Origin: Asterias rubens
Lineage: Eukaryota
NCBI RefSeq assembly: GCF_902459465.1
Contig: NC_047073.1
Coordinates: forward strand, 10,292,001-10,356,000
DNA: 64,000 nucleotides
Direction: 5' to 3'
Below the pieces are notes generated by a model. It had not been told where the DNA came from, did no database searches, and saw only the letters and a list, made by a program, of their open reading frames with translations. The translations under genes and the position numbers were made by a program. Below, one piece after another: positions 11,401 to 23,400 of this stretch (position 1 is its first letter; every line of letters starts with the position of its first letter).

Positions 11401-14400
11401 CATTTTCGTCCTGCCGCGGTTTGGATGATCACCAGAAGGATTCCAGACGACCAGGTGCGATATAGGTTGATCGGCTGTACATAAACAGTGAACAGCAAAC
11501 TGAAGACGTCTCTGCATAACTGTCTCGGATAGTGGCGGTAGATTGCCGTATACCTCGCTGTTTGTAATATTGTCCCGCCAGCGGATGTTAAAAATTCTAC
11601 GCAGCAGTTGGGTGTAGCAGCCGTTTATACAATCATTCATCTTTTGGGTTGTTGTCCATGTCTCGGATCCATATAGCAGGATGCTTCCAACGCAGGCCCT
11701 GAAGAACTTGATTTTAGTAGCTCTGTCAAGATCAGACTTTTATATCTTATCTGATTTGTTACATGCTGACCAGGCTTGCGCTTTCCTGCATTTGAAATCT
11801 TGGAATGTGTCAGGTAGTGATGAGCCGAGGTATTTGAAATGTGAAACGATTTCAAGTTTTGCACCATCAAGAGTCTAACCAACTATTTTCCCTCCTCTAC
11901 TATACAGAATTTCCCTGTAAAATCCCCGAATGAATTCCTGAGACTCCAAGCATACTTGTATGAAGAGACAATAAGGGGGAGTGGGCATCTACCAGGCCCC
12001 ATATCGAGAACCAAATGAAATTTTACTAAAGGTGGAAAAGTCCTACACAGTAGGCCTAGGTAGTAGACCTTAAAAAAGTGGTTTAGTGTAACATACTGTG
12101 GTTTAAAAAAAACTACAAGCTTGTGTGGCCATTGGTATTGCTATGGTGTTACTGTGAGCCAGGGATTCATCTTGGTGTCCTAAGAAAAAGAAAAAAACTA
12201 GCCTTGCATACCTTCATTCTCGTATTGATGCTCCATTACAGACATAAAATATGTCTGGCCGTCTAGCGGAATTGAGTTAAGTATTTCTCCAGTAAACTTG
12301 TTGGCGATGGTTACTTCGTTTGGCCCCCAGTCATTCCAGAATACAAGGTGCTGTGAAGATCAAAATAATTTCAATTTACAATGTTATTGGTTTTTTGTTG
12401 ATTGTAAAACAATGTCACATCTATCTTGATCAAAAGATGTTAGGCATGTTGGAATGCTCTGTCGTAGCGATAAAGATAAGGTTGTTCATTGGAATGCACA
12501 GCACACCAGGCACATAAGTTTTCATTCCTACACAATCTAAAATGGTGGCAGGACTGGTAAAATGCAAGATCTATAGAAAAAGGTTTGCTGAAAACTTGTG
12601 ATTGCAGAGAGATGTTGTGGTCCCTTTGTCATCTTTATCATAGTATGGTTATTTATACTTTTATCTATAACAAAAATACAGAGCAAAGCTTGAGAGAATA
12701 ATTGTGTCTGTTCCACCTAAATGTTATGTGCATTTTGCAACACGCAAGAAATAACGTCCCACCAAGGTTGGAGCAATATAGGTGCCTTGCTAAAGTACAC
12801 AGTAGTACTGTTCTCCCATCAAATGCTTCTTCTGCCCGGCTAAGTGTTCATCTTACTTAATGTCAAGTGCCTTGCTAAAGGTCAGGTGCCAGCCTCTCAA
12901 AGTCAAGTGCCATGCTCAAAGTCAGGTGCCATGCTCAAAGTCAAGTGCCATGCTCAAAGTCAAGTGCCATGCTCAAAGTCAAGTGCCTTGCTTAGGTTTA
13001 GCTCAAAGTCAAGTGCCTCCCTCATGGTCGAGTTCCTTGCTTAAAGACACTGGATACTATTTGTAATTGTCAAAGACAAGTCTTCTCACTTGGTGTATCT
13101 CAACATATGCATTAAATAACAAATCTGTGAAAATTTGTGCTCAATTGGTCATTGAAGTTGCGCGATAATAGTGAAAGAAAAAACACCATGGTCACACCAA
13201 ATTGTGTGCTTTCAGATGCTTGACTTTGAGACCTCTAAATCTAATTCTGAGGTCTAAAATTCGTGGAAAATTACTTCTTTCTCGAAAACTACGTTACTTC
13301 AGAGGGAGCCGTTTCTCAGAATGTATTATACTATCAACCTCGCCCCATTACTAGTCACCAAGTAAGGTTTTATGCTGATAATTATTTTGAGTTATTAGCA
13401 ATAGTGTCAACTGCCTTTAAAGTAAAGTGCATTGTTCAAAGTCAAGTGCCGTGCATGGTCAGGTATTGCTCAAGGTCATGCTCGTAGCGCAAAGTTCCTA
13501 GCTCAAATTGCCTAGCTCAAAGTGCCAAGCTCAAAGTCAAGTGCCGTGCTTAAAGTCAGGTACCTTGCCAAAAGTCAAGTGCCTTGCTAAGGAATTAGCT
13601 CAAGGCCAAGTGCCTCGCTCATGCATGGTCAGGTGCTGATGAAGGTCAAAATCCTTGCTCAAAAAAGTACCTGGCTCATGGTCAAGTGCCTTACCTAAAG
13701 TTTAAGTGCCTTGCCAAAGCCATCAATTTGGAAAAAGGACAACCTATTGTGTTTATATAAAATTCATTGTTGTTTTCTCATTACCTGGTAAACAGCTATA
13801 CCGAAGGGATGCCATACTTTGGGGCTGTCTTGAATCAGAATGTGTCGTCCGTCACCATCGAACCCAACATATTCCACTGTGTCCAGTCTACTGTCCACCC
13901 AGTACACACGTCTAGCTTGGAAATCTAGCGTCAGTCCATTTGGCCATCCAAGGTCAGTGTGTACCAGTTTAGTAGGATTGGAACCATCTAAACCTGCTTT
14001 GCCAATCATCGGGTTGCTTCCCCAGCCAGTCCAGTACAAATATCTGGTCAGAAAATCATCAGTCATTACAAAGATGGTACAACTTCATATTTATTTCGTA
14101 CATCTTTATAGAGAACTGGCCTCTGGAAAAAAATAATTGTAGCCCACACTTGAAGTGGCATTCAGGCCTTGTGTGTCTGACAACTTGCATAAAAAATAAA
14201 ATAAAAAACCCATCTGAGAGCACTGAAAATGATGATAGAAAATAACAGAATCTTTCCAAACTGATAACATACACTTCTCTGGGGTCAACTGCAAGACCTC
14301 GTGGCTTGTCCAAATTCTTCACCACTTTCGCTGACGGGAACTGGCCATTGTTGCTGGTAACATCAATGGACGCAGGTTCCATTGTGTTTACCCAGTAGAG

Positions 14401-17400
14401 ATTCTTGTTGACCCAGTCATACGCCAACCCCTCACTGTCGTTGGCTCGCCCAGATACCAGGGTCTGGTTGGTCGCTACAACTGGCACGCGAAAACGTCCT
14501 CCAGTGGTGTCGTACCTGGAGGCACGAAAATGCGTACAAAAGCTATTTTAATAAGTAATACAAATAATAATGCGCCCTTTATCTAGTTTACAAGACCCTA
14601 CTCCGAGGCACCAAACAAACAAACAACTGAAAATTAGTTGCCCCATGATAGCCCAGCACAGCTAGTCACACTTATTCATGGCAGTTTCCTCTAATCAAAA
14701 TTTCATACCACATGTAGCATCCAAATTTAATCTTGCAAATCCAAATTTTACTTGGTTCTCCTGTCAAACTAGCCTGTGCGTCAGCAAAGGTCCAGTGATG
14801 CCAACTTGCTTGCAGTTCCATCTTCCAGGTTGAAAGCTTACAGGGATAGATGTTTCTCAGTTGCTTCCCCCCCCCCCCTTTGGAACGGCTTGCCTTTAAC
14901 CCTTTGCCCCACCAAAAGTGCAACATAAAGTCAGACGTGTGCGTGTATGCTTGGCGCGCGCGGCAGAGTGGCGTTGGAGAGGCTCACGTGTTCTTGCTCA
15001 CAAGTACGCCTTGGGCGGAACCTAATGGATCGGTCTATTTCACCCAGCACTCCGAGCAAAATACATTGTGCTGCCCAGCACAGATTTCCCCCAGCACAGC
15101 ACAGATTTGCACTTTAGCAATGATGGTCCCCATATCTAACCATGATTAATTTGGTTGAACAGCTTGCCCTTGGTGGACTAAATTAGATTTAGAGCATGAC
15201 GGCTAAAAGTGTTTGCTGCACAGCGCTGGAAAAGACGTCGGACTGGACCACTTTGCAAACTGACCCCATCTTTAGTTGTTTTGCTGCAGATTGCTGGAAA
15301 AATGCAAGAAAAAACCTTTTTCGAACATACAAACTCAAGACTAGGACTTGAATGTACTTGCACGTACGTGTGTTCAATGTTCGATCGAGGGAAAGTCTGC
15401 CTCGATTTACGTCACAAAAGGGGTAGGCGGAGTCACCCCCCACACAACTTTAAAAAATGTTTTATTACATAAAAATCATTAAAAACAATTCCTAAAAAAA
15501 TTATTTTATTGTTCAGAAACATAATATACTCTCATGTTTGAAGAAAAAAAATTATATTTCCAGGTGACTTTAAATGTCTTCTTCCTATCAAGCCAAACCC
15601 AGTACATCTCAATGAAACCCAATTTAACCCTGTCTGGGTGATCATTCAAAAGTGACGATTTTTTAACCCTGTCTGGGTGATCATTCAAAAGTGACGGTTT
15701 TTTTCACTATCGAATTTAAATTTACCAAAATAAAATTAAAGAAGTAAGAGGTTTAATACTTTACCTTTCTATTGTATCTTGTGTTATATCACCGACAAAC
15801 AGTCTGCCATCTTCACCATAGGCTACACCAATGATGTTATTCCAAGGGCCTTGCACATGTGCAACCTCTAAAAGGAGTGTATCAATCTCCAGAAGTCGAC
15901 GTCTGGCAGATAACAACAACTGATCAGAATAAAGAAATTGAGAAATTGGGAGAGACTTAATAATAATAATAATAAAAACAACAAAGTCTTACAAAGTGCA
16001 CAAATCCACCAAAGGTGTTCAAGGCGCTGTAACAAAGGAAAAAGAGACTTCACATAGAGTTCAGAATTATTACAAAAGAATACTTATAAGAAAGTTTTAG
16101 CATTCAAGGAGGAACAGAGGGGGCAACAACGTTGAAAAAATAGAAGCTAAGATTGGCAGATTGGTTTTTGATATCACTGATCGCAACAATATACGGAACC
16201 TACTTGGCTCAAAGCAGCAGTTAAGGCAGCTTCGCAACATTTCGGGGACGCTGGTAAGAAATCATTAACCACCATACTGTAGCCCAAGGAATCCACCTGG
16301 GCTTGCACCTGGGACTACCAAGAAGCAAGGAGGGACCCCCATTTTCTTTTGAAGTCAAATAGTACACCACAAAGGAATCTGGTTAGTTGGTACATGTATA
16401 TATTTATCAATTTTGGGTGAGTAAAGAAAAAATTTACAAATGCACGATTTGAACCTGCAACTTCTGGATGTTTCTCTTTAGATAAAAGATGTAAACCAAC
16501 AACATAATAACTTAAACATAATAAATACTTAAACAACAATTACCTTGGGTGGTGTTGGGTATTCGAACTCACATGTTCGATTGTCTTGCTGAAGAGCATA
16601 ACTGTCAGGGCAAATACACTCCACTCCTGCTTGCAAATTAATACAAGTTACTCCAGGGCATGGATCAGGTTGTGTTGTACCGCACCGATCTGGAACATTC
16701 TCTGTAGGGGTAGGTAGACAGAAGGGTTTTGAGAGGGTTACAATGATAGGGGGGGGGGGGGGTGGGGTTGGAGAAGCAGTACAGTACATTGACAGACAAT
16801 GGTGGCAGCCTGTTGACTCCGGGCAACCTCGGTAGTCTAGTTGGTAAGACACTGCTCTGGAATTGCAAGGGTCGTGGGTTCGAATCCCACTCGAGTAATA
16901 TGCCTGTGATTTTTCACAGGACTTGGAGAAAAGTACTGAGTAGACAGTGCTAACACACATTGGTGTACGGGTAAAAACCAAAATTAATATTCTTTATCCC
17001 CGATGCAAATTATACTCTTGACTCTTGTATGATTCTTCACATTTGTATAAAAAAGAACAAAGGGATGGCAGCCTGTTGATTCTCTTATGTCACATTTGAA
17101 TAGACAAAGAACAAAGGGATATTAAGAGTATGAACTCCAGTACCTTATGTCCCCTTTGAGCTGATGCATAGCACAGTAAGTGCATTTTACCGTGAAAGCT
17201 GTACAATGAAATGTTCTGGTGGGTATTCACGCCAGCCGTTTGACTTGCAGCAAAATATTAACTAGGTTAAGTGGTTTCCTTAAGTTAGGAAAGACTGAGG
17301 TAAATCAATAGATTGTAATTAAGGACAAAAGGTTGGAATCTACTGTGCAAATAATTATCACGTACCACATCCCATTTCGTCTTCATACTCAAGACAGTCC

Positions 17401-20400
17401 CCTGTAACGCCATCACACCGCTGCCGTTTATGTATGCATTTGCCATCATTACACTGGAAACCCCAGTCACCGCATCCACCATCACAGTCGTCTTCGTCAG
17501 ACCCATCTTTACAATGCTGGTGTCTGTCACAGGTTTGGGAGAGCAAGATGCATTCTCTGATCTCACGGCACTGGAAATCTCTATGGCCGCATTCTGGTTG
17601 AGGCTGGAACAAACAAAATTTTGAGCAATACGAACAATGATACATTTTGTTGTTGAAACACTTCATGTCTTTATACTCTTGAATATTAGGTTAAAAATTA
17701 GATTTTTTGCTCTGTGCTCATTTAGTTATATAAGAATTTCAAGATTATTGACATTTAGGTTGGTATTTAAAAGCACAAAAAATCAGCTGAGCTTGAAAAT
17801 ATTATGCCTCAAGCTAAAAATTGGCAACCATAAAAAATATCATTCAATTCACATTATTTGTCATAGTTGCCTATCTTTCTCTGTGAAAGTGCTTTTGTGA
17901 AAATGGTCATAATGTGATCCCGTTAAATGTAGCTCAACTGAAGCACCTAAATCGCAAGCTCACGTAAGTTTTGCTCAGGACTTGATGCAAATTATTTAAA
18001 GGTTCCATTGAAATAGCACTCCTTAATTGTTCAAACAAATGAACAATGTCAAACCTTGGAGCTACCACCATGGTCAAACAAGGAATGTCAAAAGTATATT
18101 TAGTTTCAAAAAGTTGGACAATACCCAAATGTATTTGGTAAACAGGCAGATCATGAGACCAATTGAACAACTAACTCTTCATTACCTCACAGCTGATTCC
18201 ATCTTCCAGCAGGCGCCGTCCATTTTCACAGAGGCAGGTCTGTTTGGTCTGGTCCAGGCGAGTCTCCATAGGGCATGCACATATATAGTCGGTCGGTTTT
18301 GAAGGGGAGGGAAGGCAAATATGGGAACAGCCATGATTCAAACATCGCTTTGGGATTTCTGTGAAAAAACAAACCCAAGAAAGAACAAAGAGGAAATGGG
18401 CAGGAATTGTGGGTTTAGATATGAAAGGGAGGGAAGTAACAGTCTGAAGAAGCTGTAAGCAAAGCTTTATATTTCATGTCCGATATGATTGGGCAGAGAG
18501 TATTCCCCCCCACCCTCCATGTTAGTGTCCATAGTCTTGTCATCATCATATATCATCATCATCCTTCGTCCTTGGACGGAATAGTAGAAGTAGCTTAGAT
18601 GAAGTGGTGCCAGCTTGCTTTATCCTTCATGAGTTGTTGGGTCTCCCTTAGACTGAGATAAGTGTCTCTGGTGATGGTGTCTGGATGGGTAGCTCATTTT
18701 CGTCCTGCCGCGGTTTGGATGATCGCCAGAAGGATTCCAGACGACCAGGTGCGATATAGGTTGATCGGCTGTACATAAACAGTGAACAGCAAACTGAAGA
18801 CGTCTCTGCATAACTGTCTCGGATAGTGGCGGTAGCTTGCCGTATACCTCGCTGTTTGTAATATTGTCCCGCCAGCGGATGTTAAAAATTCTACGCAGCA
18901 GTTGGGTGTAGCAGCCGTTTATACAATCATTCATCTTTTGGGTTGTTGTCCATGTCTCGGATCCATATAGCAGGATGCTTCCAACGCAGGCCCTGAAGAA
19001 CTTGATTTTAGTAGCTCTGTCAAGATCAGACTTTTATATCTTATCTAATTTGTTACATGCTGACCAGGCTTGCGCTTTCCTGCATTTGAAATCTTGGAAT
19101 GTGTCAGGTAGTGATGAGCCGAGGTATTTGAAATGTGAAACGATTTCAAGTTTTGCACCATCAAGAGTCTAACCAACTATTTTCCCTCCTCTACTATACA
19201 GAATTTCCCTGTAAAATCCCCGAATGAATTCCTGAGACTCCAAGCATACTTGTATGAAGAGACAATAAGGGGGAGTGGGCATCTACCAGGCCCCATATCG
19301 AGAACCAAATGAAATTTTACTGAAGGTGGAAAAGTCCTACACAGTAGGCCTAGGTAGTAGACCTTAAAAAAGTGGTTTAGTGTAACATACTGTGGTTTAA
19401 AAAAAACTACAAGCTTGTGTGGCCATTGGTATTGCTATGGTGTTACTGTGAGCCAGGGATTCATCTTGGTGTCCTAAGAAAAAGAAAAAAACTAGCCTTG
19501 CATACCTTCAATCTCGTATTGATGCTCCATTACAGACATAAAATATGCCTGGCCGTCTAGCGGAATTGAGTTAAGTATTTCTCCAGTAAACTTGTTGGCG
19601 ATGGTTACTTCGTTTGTCCCCCAGTCATTCCAGAATACAAGGTGCTGTGAAGATCAAAATAATTTCAATTTACAATGTTATTGGTTTTTTGTTGATTGTA
19701 AAACAATGTCACATCTATCTTGATCAAAAGATGTTAGGCATGTTGGAATGCTCTGTCGTAGCGATAAAGATAAGGTTGTTCATTGGAATGCACAGCACAC
19801 CAGGCACATAAGTTTTCATTCCTACACAATCTAAAATGGTGGCAGGACTGGTAAAATGCAAGATCTATAGAAAAAGGTTTGCTGAAAACTTGTGATTGCA
19901 GAGAGATGTTGTGGTCCCTTTGTCATCTTTATCATAGTATGGTTATTTATACTTTTATCTATAACAAAAATACAGAGCAAAGCTTGAGAGAATAATTGTG
20001 TCTGTTCCACCTAAATGTTATGTGCATTTTGCAACACGCAGGAAAAATAACGTCCCACCAAGGTTGGAGCAATATAGGTGCCTTGCTAAAGTACACAGTA
20101 GTACTGTACTCCCATCAAATGCTTCTTCTGCCCGGTTAAGTGTTCATCTTACTTAATGTCAAGTGCCTTGCTAAAGGTCAGGTGCCAGCCTCTCAAAGTC
20201 AAGTGCCATGCTCAAAGTCAGGTGCCATGCTCAAAGTCAAGTGCCATGCTCAAAGTCAAGTGCCATGCTCAAAGTCAAGTGCCTTGCTTAGGTTTAGCTC
20301 AAAGTCAAGTGCCTCCCTCATGGTCAAGTTCCTTGCTTAAAGACACTGGACACTATTTGTAATTGTCAAAGACAAGTCTTCTCACTTGGTGTATCTCAAC

Positions 20401-23400
20401 ATATGCATTAAATAACAAATCTGTGAAAATTTGTGCTCAATTGGTCGTTGAAGTTGCGCGATAATAGTGAAAGAAAAAACACCATGGTCACACCAAATTG
20501 TGTGCTTTCAGATGCTTGTCTTTGAGACCTCTAAATCTAATTCTGAGGTCTAAAATTCGTGGAAAATTACTTCTTTCTCGAAAACTACGTTACTTCAGAG
20601 GGAGCCGTTTCTCAGAATGTATTATACTATCAACCTCGCCCCATTACTAGTCACCAAGTAAGGTTTTATGCTGATAATTATTTTGAGTTATTAGCAATAG
20701 TGTCAACTGCCTTTAAAGTAAAGTGCATTGTTCAAAGTCAAGTGCCGTGCATGGTCAGGTATTGCTCAAGGTCATGCTCGTAGCGCAAAGTTCCTAGCTC
20801 AAATTGCCTAGCTCAAAGTGCCAAGCTCAAAGTCAAGTGCCGTGCTTAAAGTCAGGTACCTTGCCAAAAGTCAAGTGCCTTGCTAAGGAATTAGCTCAAG
20901 GCCAAGTGCCTCGCTCATGCATGGTCAGGTGCTGCTCAAGGTCAAAATCCTTGCTCAAAAAAGTACCTGGCTCATGGTCAAGTGCCTTACCTAAAGTTTA
21001 AGTGCCTTGCCAAAGCCATCAATTTGGAAAAAGGACAACCTATTGTGTTTATATAAAATTCATTGTTGTTTTCTCATTACCTGGTAAACAGCTATACCGA
21101 AGGGATGCCGTACTTTGGGGCTGTCTTGAATCAGAATGTGTCGTCCGTCACCATCGAACCCAACATATTCCACTGTGTCCAGTCTACTGTCCACCCAGTA
21201 CACCCGTCTAGCTTGGAAATCTAGCGTCAGTCCATTTGGCCATCCAAGGTCAGTGTGTACCAGTTTAGTAGGATTGGAACCATCTAAACCTGCTTTGCCA
21301 ATCATCGGGTCGCTTCCCCAGCCAGTCCAGTACAAATATCTGGTCAGAAAATCATCAGTCATTACAAAGATGGTACAACTTCATATTTATTTCGTACATC
21401 TTTATAGAGAACTGGCCTCTGGAAAAAAATAATTGTAGCCCACACTTGAAGTGGCATTCAGGCCTTGTGTGTCTGACAACTTGCATAAAAAATAAAATAA
21501 AAAAAGAAAATAAAAAACCCATCAGAGAGCACTGAAAATGATGATAGAAAATAACAGAATCTTTCCAAACTGATAACATACACTTCTCTGGGGTCAACTG
21601 CAAGACCTCGTGGCTTGTCCAAATTCTTCACCACTTTCGCTGATGGGAACTGGCCATTGTTGCTGGTAACATCAATGGACGCAGGTTCCATTGTGTTTAC
21701 CCAGTAGAGATTCTTGTTGACCCAGTCATACGCCAACCCCTCACTGTCGTTGGCTCGCCCAGATACCAGGGTCTGATTGGTCGCTACAACTGGCAAGCGA
21801 AAACGTCCTCCAGTGGTGTCGTACCTGGAGGCACGAAAATGCGTACAAAAGCTATTTTAATAAGTAATACAAATAATAATGCGCCCTTTATATAGTTTAT
21901 AAGACCCTTCTCCGAGGCACCAAACAAACAAACAACTGAAAATTAGTTGCCCCATGATAGCTCAGCACAGCTAGTCACACTTATTCATGGCAGTTTCCTC
22001 TAATCAAAATTTCATACCACATGTAGCATCCAAATTTAATCTTGCAAATCCAAATTTTACTTGGTTCTCCTGTCAAACTAGCCTGTGCGTCAGCAAAGGT
22101 CCAGTGATGCCAACTTGCTTGCAGTTCAATCTTCCAGGTTGAAAGCTTACAGGGATAGATGTTTCTCAGTTGCTTCCCCCCCCCCTTTGGAACGGCTTGC
22201 CTTTAACCCTTAGATCACAATTTTTTCATTTTTTCTGACATTTCTTCATTCAAATCCAATCTCAAAACCTACCTCATAATTTTCCCTCAGTCGTATTTTG
22301 CAGTGACTAGTTTTGTCTAGAAACCAGCGCTTTATAAGATTTATTATTATTTTTTCTTATTAGAACCCAATTTAACATTTCAAATCTCAATTTAACCCAG
22401 TTGTTACCCAAATAATTGTTCATATCCCTTTATACTTCAAACCCAGTTAACCTCTCAGACAATTGAATAAAATCATGTTCAAAACCCAATGCAACCCTCT
22501 GTCCTCCTTCAAGTCCAGCTCTATCTCAGTGTATCCCATTCCTATTCACGTTTAAAGACGGCATTTAATTGTCAGTCAATTCGTCATATATCTCATTTTA
22601 AGTAACCTAACACATCCAAGTCCAGACCATTTAAACTTATGTAGATCGACTCAAACAAGGATATTTTCATTCAGTGTTTTTCCACTGCCCTAATACATTT
22701 TACCAGAAAAAAGAGGTTTTATACTTTACCTGTATATTGTTTCTTGTAAGTTATCACCGACAAATAGTATGTCATCGATTTCACCATAGGTTACACTAAT
22801 GGCGTTAGTCCAAGGGCCCTGCACATCAGCAAACTCCAAAAGCAATGTATCGATCTCCAGAAGTCGATGCCTGGCAGCTAACAACAACTGATCAGTATAA
22901 AGAAATTGAGACACTTTACAAAGAGTTCAGTTGTAGAAAAGGATCATTCCTTGGAATATAAAAGTATTTAAGAAAGGAACTGAAAGGTCAAGAAGTTCAA
23001 ATGATAAAAGCTAAGATGTGTAGATTGTTTTTGGGGGTATAACTGGTCTAAACTACATGCTGAACCAACTTTGCTCAAAATGAGCAGATATGGCAGTATG
23101 GCAATATCTTTGTTTGGGGACACTGGTCAAAATTCAAGCCTGTATTTAATACAATTCACTGCATTGGAAGCAACAGAAGGGATTACAATTTTCTTAGTAA
23201 CTGCAAGGGAAACTGACTGTGGGTGAACCAAGAGCAGGATTTGAACCTCCATCTCCAGGATATTTTTCTTGAGATAAAAGATCTAAAACAAAATAATAGC
23301 CTTTTATTCATGTAGAAGTAATAAATACTCAAACTGCAATTACCTTGGGTGGTGTTGGGTATGCGAACTCACATGTTCGCTTGTCTTGCTGGAGAGCATA

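Larger units (their letters stand above)
7611..14903. repeat. About 7.3-kb tandem segmental duplication, copy 1
   Basis: Roughly 99% identical to 14904-22211 across introns, TEs and 7 exons. Confidence 0.95.
14904..22211. repeat. About 7.3-kb tandem segmental duplication, copy 2
   Basis: Junction at AACCC(T/A)T microhomology (14898-14904). Confidence 0.95.

Noticed and set aside
11326-11876. Active retrotransposon
   Set aside because: Only 628 bp of the RT C-terminus, 5'-truncated, with an in-frame stop
12844-13066. [12 protein letters not shown] repeat ORFs (also 20140-20362, 20804)
   Set aside because: Translations of the 19-bp minisatellite
13263-13487. Recurrent ORFs such as [18 protein letters not shown] and KITSFSKTT (also 20559, 39761, 43078, 48492, 52903, 55221, 59642)
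   Set aside because: Chance frames in the non-autonomous MITE A; no transposase motif
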